46,371 nucleotides of DNA, taken from the NCBI GenBank assembly GCA_020353515.1, contig CP070695.1, forward strand, positions 47,485-93,855, given 5' to 3'. A model generated the notes under the pieces. It made no database searches and was not told the origin of the DNA. It was given only the letters and a program-made list of their open reading frames with translations. The stretch is from Candidatus Heimdallarchaeota archaeon. GTDB lineage: Archaea > Asgardarchaeota > Heimdallarchaeia > Hodarchaeales > Hodarchaeaceae. The position numbers and the translations under genes were made by a program. Below, in pieces: positions 1 through 10,297 of this stretch (position 1 is the first letter of the stretch; every line of letters begins with the position of its first letter).

Positions 1-381
1 ATCAGCATATCTTTTTTTATCTTTATTTTTCATATATGCCGAACAATTTAGACAATGTACTGAAAAATTATCTGTTTTAATACCGCATCGTACGCAACAA
101 CCAGACGATCTCCTTTGGTAATAGATATTCATTTTAGCAGCGTTATATTCATCTTTATGTAAATTTACACATATATCGCACTGTGTTTTATTCGGACGTG
201 GCTCCCTGGTCCCACATCTAACGCAACGATTTTCAAGTTTCCGTTTTTCTCTTTTTCTCTTTTCTTTTAAGCGAGTTTCTTCTAAATGCTTAGGACACAT
301 TTTTCTTCCAGAAGTAACTGGAAGACTACATCTTGTACACAAGCCATGTTCAATATTATATTGTATTTTTTCTTTTCTCAT
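1..381 (-). CDS. Zn-finger repeat protein, probably HNH/homing endonuclease N-terminus (runs off window edge)
   Basis: Not in ORF track. Hand translation from ATG at 381: MRKEKIQYNIEHGLCTRC...MCPKH...RCVRCG...QCDIC...CCVRCG...HCLNC; three Zn-ribbon-like units with basic linkers; open to position 1. Confidence 0.6.
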   Translation of the reverse strand, partial: MRKEKIQYNIEHGLCTRCSLPVTSGRKMCPKHLEETRLKEKRKREKRKLENRCVRCGTREPRPNKTQCDICVNLHKDEYNAAKMNIYYQRRSSGCCVRCGIKTDNFSVHCLNCSAYMKNKDKKRYAD

Positions 382-420
382 CTCAAAATATTATATATCA
401 AATGTGGAGTTTTGTTTTCT

Positions 421-451
421 AAAAATAAAAAAGGAGGCGATAAACGCCTCC
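421..451 (-). terminator. Rho-independent terminator after major tail protein gene
   Basis: Stem GGAGGCG(433-439)-ATAAA-CGCCTCC(445-451) followed on the minus strand by a T-rich tract (A-rich 421-432). Confidence 0.8.
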
Positions 452-483
452 ATAAATATAAATATAATTTATTATTTAATTAT

Positions 484-1599
484 TTAAGTAGAAAGTCCTG
501 CTGGATCTTGTTCATGTGTCACTTTAAGACTGTTGAAGTTGCTATAATTAAAACTTGTTGTGGCATTGCCGCCTCCGGCATCACCACCACCATAAGTAAC
601 AGATGAAAGTTTATTCTTAGCTCCAAGATTTATTCGAGTACCTTCTTCGACCCAGATAAAAATCTTTTGATTTGCTAAGTTAGTTCCACCAGATGGATCA
701 GCTAAAGCATTAATTAAATCTCCTTCAGATGTAGTAATATCAATTGCACAAGTAACTTCAGTTGGAAATGAAACAAATCGATGATATGGGCCACGACGAC
801 CAAGTTCGAATAGTTCCTCACGACCAAGATCTGTAGAAATTGTTACTGTCTGAAGATGTGCTGCATAAGCATCTCCAGATGGTAAATTCCATCCACTACT
901 ATCAATTCCAGCAATTTCTATTGGCCAAATACTGCCACTTACACCAGTAATAGTACCATCAGCAGCCATCGAACAACCGGAACCCATTAGAATATTTTCC
1001 CTACGAGCTACACCACCTGAATATGTCAAAGAAAGTGGTTCATCACTACCATCAAAGACGGATGGAGCAAAGTGTGTTAAACCACTAGCAACCCATTGTT
1101 TATTATTTCCAACCAGAGTAGTATCTTCTGTAGAGTTTCCATCAACGTTTAGTGTATATGTTAATGCAGATACATACATACCGGACATGCCAACTGATTG
1201 TAATGGAGTACCAGACGCATTATCAAAAGTATCGGGATAAATATTAAGTGCACCAAAACATCTCTCATTTGATCGACCAACTAATGTTGCAGAAGTAGCT
1301 TTTGGTGTAGCAAGATGATATAATAAAGGATAACCATCAAGTACTTTCTGTGCAGTTAATTCTATATCTGGAATACCTTCTATATTTTCATAAAGTTCTA
1401 ATTGTCCAAGTTCAAACACTTGTTCTAGATTAAACGTAGTATTTATACCAACACTTTGAACTCCATGGGCAACAACAAATCCAGAAGGATGTGTTCCAGA
1501 ACCAACATGTTCACCACTGGGATCAAGAGGGCATAATTGATCATGTGGAGCGAATCCAAGTGCCTGTATAGCATAAAATACACGATTATTATTTGACAT
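484..1599 (-). CDS. Major tail (tube) protein
   Basis: 371 aa; HGVQSVGINTTFNLEQVFELGQLELYEN and REELFELGRRGPYHRFV resemble phage tail-tube families; downstream of neck/tail completion genes; RBS GAGG, own promoter motif and terminator. Confidence 0.65.
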   Translation of the reverse strand: MSNNNRVFYAIQALGFAPHDQLCPLDPSGEHVGSGTHPSGFVVAHGVQSVGINTTFNLEQVFELGQLELYENIEGIPDIELTAQKVLDGYPLLYHLATPKATSATLVGRSNERCFGALNIYPDTFDNASGTPLQSVGMSGMYVSALTYTLNVDGNSTEDTTLVGNNKQWVASGLTHFAPSVFDGSDEPLSLTYSGGVARRENILMGSGCSMAADGTITGVSGSIWPIEIAGIDSSGWNLPSGDAYAAHLQTVTISTDLGREELFELGRRGPYHRFVSFPTEVTCAIDITTSEGDLINALADPSGGTNLANQKIFIWVEEGTRINLGAKNKLSSVTYGGGDAGGGNATTSFNYSNFNSLKVTHEQDPAGLST

Positions 1600-1653
1600 C
1601 TTTTTACCTCACTTTATTTTTAAATACTATCCAAATCTATCCATTCCCACAAC

Positions 1654-1663
1654 ATTATACACC
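1654..1663 (-). promoter_or_regulatory. Putative late promoter GGTGTATAAT
   Basis: Same 10-mer at 14011-14020 and 20039-20048; variant TGTGTATAAA at 17100-17109 and 27942-27951. Confidence 0.6.
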
Positions 1664-1671
1664 ACGACAAT

Positions 1672-1836
1672 TTATTTTCTAAAATTTCTTATGGCGATAT
1701 TATTCCTTTTTAATAAGTTAATTATAGTAATAGTTGAAACATGATATTTAAATCCCAATTGTCTTGCAGATAGTCCACAATTATACTCTTTTATTATATA
1801 GTCTATGATAAATTGTTCAGGATTCCATTGTCTCAT
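1672..1836 (-). CDS. Small HTH protein (54 aa)
   Basis: Below ORF-track cutoff: MRQWNPEQFIIDYIIKEYNCGLSARQLGFKYHVSTITIINLLKRNNIAIRNFRK; resembles the repeats of 13587..13973. Confidence 0.55.
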   Translation of the reverse strand: MRQWNPEQFIIDYIIKEYNCGLSARQLGFKYHVSTITIINLLKRNNIAIRNFRK

Positions 1837-1845
1837 AAGTTAAAA

Positions 1846-2781
1846 TTAAATTTCACCTATATCAACTTCAATTTCCCAAGTAACACGAGCACGAAATAAC
1901 TTAGAATTTAATGAATTAAGTTTAGATGAAGTACCATCAACTACTCTGAGCTTTTTCCATGGATAATTAATTGTCATATTCTGCCAATTTGTCACACCAG
2001 ATACTATATTTCCATATGAATCAAAAGGAAATGTAATACTGTTAAGATTGGCCATCCAAAAAGTAGTTCTACTTTGAAAATCTAACCAATCCATTAATAA
2101 ATTACGATCTTGTGGATTGTCGGCAAAAATATGAAAAATAGCATATCTAGTTTTAATTTGACCTCCACCTAATTGTAATCCTCTTTGTTTTCCTTCTGTT
2201 ATCTCTATAAAAATACTTGGTAACCAAATTTGATGTTCTCTTGCGGGAGTGCCAGACGGCATAGTGTCTAATAAGAATTCTTCTACGGCATCTAACATTA
2301 AAACACGAAAATCATAATCATCAGCAAATCCAACATGTACAGCCCTGGTTGTGTATTCGGCTCTTATATCTGTTTCAGAATTTTTGGGTTCATCAAAAAT
2401 AATTCTACCATTTAAATAATCAATATGATGAGCAAAAATTCCTTCGATATCTTTATCATAAAATGATCCATTAGCATAAACACCGGAGACACGAAATGGA
2501 TTGATTGCACCACTACCAAGTGAAATTCCACTTTCCCATACCCATTCTCTACCAATACCTTCCCAAACACGCCCCTGCTCATATCTTTCGTCTAGCACTG
2601 GATGTAATTTAGACTCATCATCGTCATACCAGCTAGCAGAATCATATAAATAAATATTATATGCACCATTTTTTAATAAACCTGCATCTATAAACCATTT
2701 AAGATTATATTGTAGTTGATCAGTTAGTTCATAACCACCAAAACCGCCACTACCTATTCCCTTAAAACTTAATGCACACAT
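1846..2781 (-). CDS. Putative tail completion/terminator protein
   Basis: 311 aa just upstream of the tail tube gene; C-terminal LPSIFIE...LQLGGGQ...FHIFAD...DRNLLMDWL pattern. Confidence 0.5.
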   Translation of the reverse strand: MCALSFKGIGSGGFGGYELTDQLQYNLKWFIDAGLLKNGAYNIYLYDSASWYDDDESKLHPVLDERYEQGRVWEGIGREWVWESGISLGSGAINPFRVSGVYANGSFYDKDIEGIFAHHIDYLNGRIIFDEPKNSETDIRAEYTTRAVHVGFADDYDFRVLMLDAVEEFLLDTMPSGTPAREHQIWLPSIFIEITEGKQRGLQLGGGQIKTRYAIFHIFADNPQDRNLLMDWLDFQSRTTFWMANLNSITFPFDSYGNIVSGVTNWQNMTINYPWKKLRVVDGTSSKLNSLNSKLFRARVTWEIEVDIGEI

Positions 2782-2793
2782 ATTGTCTCCAAG

Positions 2794-3570
2794 TTATATT
2801 GTTTTAATTGGTCCAGATGGATCATTAACTAACAAAATTTCAAAATCAACCGATACTTCTGTACCAGCACCTGCACCCCTAGCTTCTACCCATATATCGG
2901 AAAGAGGGTTTAAAATAAGACCTGGACTAACAGGCTTGTAAATAAATGATCCAAGTATACCATCAAAAAATAATTTTATTCGCTTTGAACATACTGGTGG
3001 TGTTGTTTGATTAAAACTATCTCTAATAAACAGTCGAAAATCAGCAGCCTTTAATGCATCCGATGTGATATGGATACTTGATAAATAGCCTTTTCTATTA
3101 TTTGCAATAGAATATGCTCCATGTTGTGTCTGTCCTTCTCCTGCCTTAATAGTTAACATATCATTTATACTATCTTCATCTTCAAGAATAATATCATCAT
3201 CATTCGCACCCCAGTATGTACCAACGCACGATACGTATGCTCTATAAATTCTCCAAAATCTATTTGTTGTTGATAAACTTGTATTTTCTCCAGATGTAAC
3301 GATATTTTCCGTTGTTTCAATTAAATCTGTATTAATTCCAATAATAGTAACTTCACGAGCCCCAGTACCATTGACAATATCATTAGTACTTCCACCAGCT
3401 TTGATACGAATCCTAACACCAGATGTTGGAAATGCTCCAGATGGTGCAGATGGAGAAATTATTGCCCAGGAACCATTTGGTATTTCGTCATTACGGCCAA
3501 ATTTATGCATAAAAAAATGTTCTGGTATTTTATTCTTCTGTATTTCAACGAAGAAATCTTTGATATCCAT
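2794..3570 (-). CDS. Conserved phage virion-associated protein
   Basis: 258 aa beta-rich; KFGRN...GTGAREVTIIG...GEGQTQ motifs recalled from phage structural regions. Confidence 0.45.
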   Translation of the reverse strand: MDIKDFFVEIQKNKIPEHFFMHKFGRNDEIPNGSWAIISPSAPSGAFPTSGVRIRIKAGGSTNDIVNGTGAREVTIIGINTDLIETTENIVTSGENTSLSTTNRFWRIYRAYVSCVGTYWGANDDDIILEDEDSINDMLTIKAGEGQTQHGAYSIANNRKGYLSSIHITSDALKAADFRLFIRDSFNQTTPPVCSKRIKLFFDGILGSFIYKPVSPGLILNPLSDIWVEARGAGAGTEVSVDFEILLVNDPSGPIKTI

Positions 3571-4269
3571 TTACCTCACCCTCTTAATTAAAATCTCCGC
3601 AGCTTTTTTAGCAACTTCCTGTTGTCCCAACGTGTATTCGATGAAGTTTTGGCCTAGCTGCCCCCTAACTATTGCTGGCAACACATACCCACCACTGCCA
3701 CCAAGAGCCTTTAATGATACCATAATAGCACGTCCGCTTCTGGAAACTTGTTGTATTCTTGTATCGAATTGTCCACCAGATCCTTTAAAAACTATGTCAT
3801 ATGCAGCCTGTCCTATATCTATATTCGGATCTATCAATAACCATTTCATTACCGGAATTATTATGTCTGAAGGATGAGATGGATATTCTGCGCCGGGAAT
3901 GTCTAGGTATTTACTCCAATCTCTCTCAATTGCCTGTATTCTAATTGAAAAAAAACCAGCAATGTTATAACTAAGAATGCGGACTGATGACTTAATTAAT
4001 TCTGCCATACCATCAGCCAGGCCGTAAGCACGAGAATCACTCAATCCAAAGTGAGCGGCAAGATCTTCCGATCCACCACCCCTTAAAGATTTGGCCACAT
4101 CCGTATTGTTGAATTCATTCACTAACATTTCGCCGATTTCTCTACTTATTGTCACACTTCCGGCTATGGCACGTCTAACAAAAACATTAGAAGCGGATTT
4201 TTTGGCCCCATTAAATAATTGGGTTGATAATTGCGCGCTTGGTTCTAATTTTATTATTATCCCAGGCAT
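3571..4269 (-). CDS. Putative neck/tail-completion protein
   Basis: Likely start MPGIII at 4269 (TAATG overlap with upstream gene); synteny between head closure and tail terminator. Confidence 0.4.
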   Translation of the reverse strand: MPGIIIKLEPSAQLSTQLFNGAKKSASNVFVRRAIAGSVTISREIGEMLVNEFNNTDVAKSLRGGGSEDLAAHFGLSDSRAYGLADGMAELIKSSVRILSYNIAGFFSIRIQAIERDWSKYLDIPGAEYPSHPSDIIIPVMKWLLIDPNIDIGQAAYDIVFKGSGGQFDTRIQQVSRSGRAIMVSLKALGGSGGYVLPAIVRGQLGQNFIEYTLGQQEVAKKAAEILIKRVR

Positions 4270-5960
4270 TAAATCATCTCCCAAAAACTAATACAATATC
4301 TATCTTCCCTTAATCCAACAGGTATTGGTCCACTAATTAATTTAACTCTTAATATAGTACGATTCATTATATCATAATTAGATATAGCTGTTCTAGTTTT
4401 GATAAGATCTGGAATTGAAGATAAAAATGTTTTAAATCTTACTATACCTTTTCTTTGTAATACAGAAATACCATAATTTCCCATATCTTCTGGATTCCAT
4501 CTTATTAAACATTTAATACATTTTGTTACTGTAGTTTCAATAAGTCCTTTGCCTTTACAATAAGGACACGGCCTACCTCTTTTAAAAGAAATGGGACCTC
4601 CAATCTTATATATACCGGTTGATCTTCTTCTTAATGTATCATATTCACAATTCAAACATTCTCCGCGAATAGGATCAAATTCTAAAAGAACATTTTTGCC
4701 CAATTGATTAATAACAGCATCTATGCGAGATTGATATATGTTAATAAGATTATTATCAATTTGAATCGATGCGGTTGGATCAAGTATTGGACATGATGGG
4801 GCAGGTTTTTGAATATATCCATTAATAATTAAGGTCAAGTTTGCAATATTTGCTTTAAATCCTTGAGCAAATAATAATTCGGTATTGAAAATATTACCTT
4901 CGGTATTTAGACCTACTTTAATTGATCCATAGCCAGATTCATTTCTATATATTACCACAAATTTGTTTGGATCAAGATATTGTATTTTATTATGATTACT
5001 ATTATTAGTATTATAAATATAATCAGAATCAAATGTAATATTTATTCCACTAATTATTCCACGTACTGCTGTCCCATAATTAGAATTATCTCCATCTTTA
5101 TATACTACTATACATTCATATGTATTGGAAATGTCAACATCAATATAACTTGTATTTTGTCCAAAAATAGCTTCTTCTTCAAAAGTAATAGTTAATCCAC
5201 TAATCGATCCCGTTTTTGCCATACCCTTATTTAATGGGTTACGATATACTAAAATACAACTAGAAGGAGTTAACATTTCTACTCGATTATAAAGATGTAC
5301 ACCATTAGCATATGGTGATATAGGTCCAAAATTAATTGTATTATCGCTAACTTCACCAATTCTGACATTGCTACTATCATTAACAACATCCCTATAAACA
5401 ATAATAAAACCAGATTCATGAATTTTTTCTAAATCAAAGTGACTTACTGCACCACTATTGCAGAATTCATATTCAGAACTAAATGTAATATTTGATTCAT
5501 CAATAGTTCCAATTTTTGCAGTACCATGATCAGAATCGGATTGATCTTTATATATAACAACAAATCCAGAAGAATTAAGTATAGTTAATGCTATTTCTCC
5601 AACTACATTTGTTGTAAATACAAATGGTGATCCAAATGTTATATCTGTACCATTAACACTTCCAATTTTAATTTTACTATAATCATCTATTTTGTCTTTA
5701 TATGCAACAATAAATTGTGAATCATTAATGGTTGCAATACATGGATACGATACTCCGGAAGTACCAATTTGCTTTGGAGAACCAGTTGTAATACTAAAGT
5801 CATTAATATTACCGATTATTACTGAACCAGAGTCAATTCCGAAAAAATCTGTATAACCAATAATAACATGAGATGAATCTAGTTTATCTATACTGGTGTA
5901 AGAAACACCAACTCCAGATTGCGATAAAAATAAATACTCGTCACCAAATATTAATGCCAT
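4269..5960 (-). CDS. Virion protein: N-terminal repeat (beta-propeller-like) domain plus C-terminal putative head-closure domain with Zn motifs
   Basis: About 50-aa repeats (FIVAYKD...KIGSVNGTDITFG); C-terminal CLNC...CPYCKGKG domain shared with 5978..9757. Confidence 0.55.
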   Translation of the reverse strand: MALIFGDEYLFLSQSGVGVSYTSIDKLDSSHVIIGYTDFFGIDSGSVIIGNINDFSITTGSPKQIGTSGVSYPCIATINDSQFIVAYKDKIDDYSKIKIGSVNGTDITFGSPFVFTTNVVGEIALTILNSSGFVVIYKDQSDSDHGTAKIGTIDESNITFSSEYEFCNSGAVSHFDLEKIHESGFIIVYRDVVNDSSNVRIGEVSDNTINFGPISPYANGVHLYNRVEMLTPSSCILVYRNPLNKGMAKTGSISGLTITFEEEAIFGQNTSYIDVDISNTYECIVVYKDGDNSNYGTAVRGIISGINITFDSDYIYNTNNSNHNKIQYLDPNKFVVIYRNESGYGSIKVGLNTEGNIFNTELLFAQGFKANIANLTLIINGYIQKPAPSCPILDPTASIQIDNNLINIYQSRIDAVINQLGKNVLLEFDPIRGECLNCEYDTLRRRSTGIYKIGGPISFKRGRPCPYCKGKGLIETTVTKCIKCLIRWNPEDMGNYGISVLQRKGIVRFKTFLSSIPDLIKTRTAISNYDIMNRTILRVKLISGPIPVGLREDRYCISFWEMI

Positions 5961-5977
5961 AATTTATATTTCCAAAG

Positions 5978-8900
5978 TTATTGAATTAATTCCCAAAAAC
6001 TAATACAATATCTATCCTCTCTTAAACCAGCAGGAACCGGATCAATAATTCTTCTAACTTTCAATTTCACAAAACCCATACTATCATACTGTACAATAGC
6101 CGTTTCTGCTTTCATTAAATCTTCTAAATGATCTAAATATGTTTTCAATCTAACAACAGATTCGTGATCCTCTACGCTTATTCCCCAATTTACTAAACTT
6201 GATGGATTCCATTTAATTAAACATTTAATACATTTATTTATTTCCATTTCTAAGAAACCAACTCCATGACAATAAGGACACTTGGTTTTAAATAAAAATG
6301 GTCTTGGTCCACCAGTTTTATACACACCGGTTGATCTTCTTCTTAATGTATCATATTCACAATTTGGACATTCTATTTTTTGCGGCATAAAATTTAAAAT
6401 TACATTTTTCCCAAGTTGATTAATTAAAGAATCAAGACAATCTTGATATACATCAACAATAATATCTGATATTTGGATGGATGCCATAGGATCAAGGATC
6501 GGACAAATCGGGGGTTCTCCTATTTCAACTCCATTAATTATGAAATTAATATTATTATTGATTTTGACTACCCCCCCCCCCCCAACATAAAGTGCCATGG
6601 TATTATTATTTGATATAGCACCACGAATAGATAGATTATAATCATTTACGATTAAATTATATCCACCAATAAATAAATCTGTAATTTTAAATGATGGTCC
6701 AATTGCATGACCAGAAATAAATAGATCAATTGAATTATATAGTAGTGTCTGTCCACCAATATGTATATCAGCAGAATTATATAATAACTTATAACCATTA
6801 ATAAATGAATCTACAGATGATGTTTCTAATTCATAGCCTTCGAGAAATAATGTTGTAAAATTATCAATATCTTTATAACCATGAACATATAAATTAATTG
6901 ATTCATAACTTGTACCAAGTTGATATCCTTCTATAAATAAATCTATATTATTAGACGATAAATCATAGCCATCAATAAACAAATCTATATTATTAATTTT
7001 TAGATCATATCCATCGATGGATAATACAATATTGTTGTCTAGCGTGTCATATCCATATATAAATAAAAATATGTCGTCAAGGAATATATTATGTCCATTA
7101 ACAAATAAATCAATATTATCATTGTATTGATCACATCCATAAGTAAATAAATTAATATTATTATTTACGGACTCATGACCATTAATATATAAATCCTTGT
7201 CACCAACATTATATATGCCACTACAACCATTAACGGATAGATCGAATGTTGAACTTGCTGGCAATGGCCCATTAATATATAAATCAATAGAATTACTTTC
7301 AGTTGGTATATATTTGATAAATCTTACGGTTTTATATGGACATCTGCTGTCTGTGGTAGATATTGTTGTTGATGTGCTAGAAACAGATACTTCGGCACCA
7401 CTCATACTATTATTAGGATGGATGTGAGATGAACTGGCTATATCGGGATTACCAAATTCAGGCGCGTTAAATTGATATACATCTATGCCAGTAAATTCAT
7501 ACGGATGAGTATGTAACCCTGAACTGTCATGAATATGTCCTGATGCATCGTGAGTATGTAAATTTTGTCCGCCAGTATTCCCAATATTGTCACCAGATGC
7601 AGTAATTTTAATTTGTTTATTTAATAAATTAGGAGTACCATCATATCCATTACATAATTTCCAATTTTGTGGAATTTCGGATTCAACAAGTGGTACAATA
7701 ATTCCTATTGGTAGATATGTATCAACACTTTGATTTTGTATTCCTAATAACTGATAATACTCTGGTTCTAATGAAACACCTGATATGTCAATATTGCCAG
7801 ATGCTATAAAGCCAGATGATGTTTCAATATTTTGGGCATGATGATGTTTGACTGCTCTGGCACCATAAACTTCGAAACCCTGAGATTGAGTCTTAGTATT
7901 AATTGCATTTCCGAAATCACTATTTGCATGTATATGGCCACTTGGTTGATGTATGTGTGGTGGGATAACATGGTTATGAAATAACGAACCCCCAGTTATT
8001 CCTCCACTACTGCCCGGATCAGCGCCTAATATAAATTTATTATCTAAATTTATAGTGTTATTATTACCATTTGTAACGTAGAATCCATTTGGAATATTAA
8101 TATTATCATTTAAAACGGCAATACCACTTGGAATACCAGTACAATATATATTTGGTTTAACAATAATTGCTTTAACATATGATGGTGGCGCATGTTCATT
8201 ACTAATGTCAATAACTTCGTTTGTATATATTTCAGAAGCAGCTTTTGTTACTCCATCATAATGTTCATGATCTATTGTAGCAGCGTATACAATACCGCCA
8301 GGACCGGATTCGGTTACAATTTCACCATCAGATATACCACTAATGCTTAATATGTGTGAATGTGATTGTCCTGTATGTGTATGGGGATCAGTTTCATGTG
8401 AATGATAATATGTCCCACCAGATATATTGACAGTGCCCGATTCCTGAAGGAAAAATTCATCAAAATTTGTATCTCTTTCCCAATTTTCTGGAATATCTGA
8501 TTCATTGCCAAAATAAAAACTTCTAATTCCTAACGGAACAGTTAGCTTTCCTTGAATAAATAAATTATATGATCCAGAAATTGTATCATGACCATGAATA
8601 TGTAAATTACATAAATTATCTACTGGTAATCTACCTAATTGAACAATACCATTATTATTATTTAAATCTCTATATGCTAAAAGAACCAATGGATAATTTA
8701 AAATAGTAGCATGATGATCAGCAATTAGCCCACTTGACCATGTTTCTTTATTATAACAAATTGGCTGATTATTTATAATTCTGCCATATGCAATTTTACC
8801 ATAATTATTTTTAGTATGAAGGATATCGAATTTTTGAGTATTTTCAGATAAAATACTACCTATTCGAATATTGCTATTGTCCCATAGTGTGTCATTATTA

Positions 8901-9757
8901 ACAGAAATATCAATTCCACTAACTGAAATATATGAAATTCTTCCACTTCCATCCCAATTATATGTAGTAAGTACTTCTGCTGATGTACCAGAAGACATAA
9001 TAGCGATTTCGTTTTCTCCAGGATTAGTAGAAGAAATAGTTTCTGAATATAAAATTTTTGGATTACCAATATCGAAATGAACATTTCCAGAAGTGTTAAT
9101 TGCAGTAATTTCGTATTTAGTTAAATTGCTAACAGAATGTTGATGACCATATACTCCAATTGCCCTATTAATATCAATTTGGGCACTTCTAATACATCTA
9201 GAATTAGTAATGCCATCATCGTCTCCTGGTAATACAAATATATAATCTGATGTTGGATTAATAAATCCCCTAAATAATATATCATTACGATCATTGATCT
9301 CCGTATCTTGTATAGCTGCAAAAAATTTACTTCCGCTGATATCTGATTTAACGAAAGTACAAGTTACCCCCGAACAATACCCAGATTGTTCGCTAAATAC
9401 ATGTTCTGTTAGGGGTACTAACGTATCTCCTGTTATAGTTAATAATCTAGTATAAACTGTTTTATCTTCTTTTGTATAAATTGCGAATAATTTTGTAGGA
9501 TCAACAACTGCTATATCATATGTTTGTCTGGAATAATCAAAATTACTTGGAGGTAAAATTCCACTTGACGTTAATAATATATCATTACCATAACCGATTT
9601 TTGATCCATCATATATTCCAATACGTAAGTGACAAGTATATGATGTTCCAGATTCCAACCAGGCAACAACAAATTTATCATTGGATATAGAGCGAACGAC
9701 CGGATTAATCGCCGTTCCACTAGTAAAAATATATTTATTATCTAAGATAAAAGACAT
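5978..9757 (-). CDS. Large fibre-like virion protein: propeller-like domain, three tail-collar/HxH domains, 14-aa repeats, C-terminal putative head-closure domain
   Basis: LPIGIIVP..IPQNWKLCNGYDGTPNL..GNTGG..HTH collar motifs; NNIDLFIDGYD repeats; C-terminal CPNC..CPYCHGVG. Confidence 0.6.
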   Translation of the reverse strand: MSFILDNKYIFTSGTAINPVVRSISNDKFVVAWLESGTSYTCHLRIGIYDGSKIGYGNDILLTSSGILPPSNFDYSRQTYDIAVVDPTKLFAIYTKEDKTVYTRLLTITGDTLVPLTEHVFSEQSGYCSGVTCTFVKSDISGSKFFAAIQDTEINDRNDILFRGFINPTSDYIFVLPGDDDGITNSRCIRSAQIDINRAIGVYGHQHSVSNLTKYEITAINTSGNVHFDIGNPKILYSETISSTNPGENEIAIMSSGTSAEVLTTYNWDGSGRISYISVSGIDISVNNDTLWDNSNIRIGSILSENTQKFDILHTKNNYGKIAYGRIINNQPICYNKETWSSGLIADHHATILNYPLVLLAYRDLNNNNGIVQLGRLPVDNLCNLHIHGHDTISGSYNLFIQGKLTVPLGIRSFYFGNESDIPENWERDTNFDEFFLQESGTVNISGGTYYHSHETDPHTHTGQSHSHILSISGISDGEIVTESGPGGIVYAATIDHEHYDGVTKAASEIYTNEVIDISNEHAPPSYVKAIIVKPNIYCTGIPSGIAVLNDNINIPNGFYVTNGNNNTINLDNKFILGADPGSSGGITGGSLFHNHVIPPHIHQPSGHIHANSDFGNAINTKTQSQGFEVYGARAVKHHHAQNIETSSGFIASGNIDISGVSLEPEYYQLLGIQNQSVDTYLPIGIIVPLVESEIPQNWKLCNGYDGTPNLLNKQIKITASGDNIGNTGGQNLHTHDASGHIHDSSGLHTHPYEFTGIDVYQFNAPEFGNPDIASSSHIHPNNSMSGAEVSVSSTSTTISTTDSRCPYKTVRFIKYIPTESNSIDLYINGPLPASSTFDLSVNGCSGIYNVGDKDLYINGHESVNNNINLFTYGCDQYNDNIDLFVNGHNIFLDDIFLFIYGYDTLDNNIVLSIDGYDLKINNIDLFIDGYDLSSNNIDLFIEGYQLGTSYESINLYVHGYKDIDNFTTLFLEGYELETSSVDSFINGYKLLYNSADIHIGGQTLLYNSIDLFISGHAIGPSFKITDLFIGGYNLIVNDYNLSIRGAISNNNTMALYVGGGGVVKINNNINFIINGVEIGEPPICPILDPMASIQISDIIVDVYQDCLDSLINQLGKNVILNFMPQKIECPNCEYDTLRRRSTGVYKTGGPRPFLFKTKCPYCHGVGFLEMEINKCIKCLIKWNPSSLVNWGISVEDHESVVRLKTYLDHLEDLMKAETAIVQYDSMGFVKLKVRRIIDPVPAGLREDRYCISFWELIQ
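6571..6583 (-). repeat. G13 homopolymer inside the coding sequence
   Basis: 13 consecutive C on the + strand, encoding VGGGGV. Confidence 0.95.
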
Positions 9758-10297
9758 TTAATAACGATCTTTTCTACCATTTATATTTGTAACAAACTGA
9801 TCATAATACCATGAAATAGTATCTAAAGCTGAACCACTAGGTGTTCTATATGGTCCTAGAACAACCTTACCAACACTGGTAATTTTATTAGATGCCAATA
9901 TAGACCATTTCAATTTTTCATATGCTGCACAAGGTCCTAATTCTAAAATATCACGATATCCCCTAAAACTAACACTGGTATCAATTGCACTATCACCATC
10001 CCGTACTTTAATTCCTTGACCCAAGGCTTGTTTAAATTCGCCTTGCGTTAGAATGCATGCAGCCTTTAATGGTACCAAAGACATGAAAATAGAGTCTTCG
10101 CTTGTTACGGGATCAGGAGAAATCGTTAAGTTATTAATATTATATGTATAATCATAAGAAAATGGAACTTCAGCATCAACTATAATTCCAGCAGTAACCA
10201 GTACTCTTTTAAGATATTCATCAGTATAAGTTTGTGGTGAATCAATATCATTAATTAAAACTCTGACCATTAGAACTAAATCAGTATTCCATGCCAT
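9758..10297 (-). CDS. Head-tail adaptor/connector
   Basis: 179 aa; N-terminal VRVLIND..PQTYTDEYL typical of adaptors; located downstream of the MCP. Confidence 0.55.
   Translation of the reverse strand: MAWNTDLVLMVRVLINDIDSPQTYTDEYLKRVLVTAGIIVDAEVPFSYDYTYNINNLTISPDPVTSEDSIFMSLVPLKAACILTQGEFKQALGQGIKVRDGDSAIDTSVSFRGYRDILELGPCAAYEKLKWSILASNKITSVGKVVLGPYRTPSGSALDTISWYYDQFVTNINGRKDRY

Noticed and set aside
4269-6520. Diversity-generating retroelement TR/VR pair
   Set aside because: No reverse transcriptase in the window; both copies are coding and differ broadly rather than only at adenines
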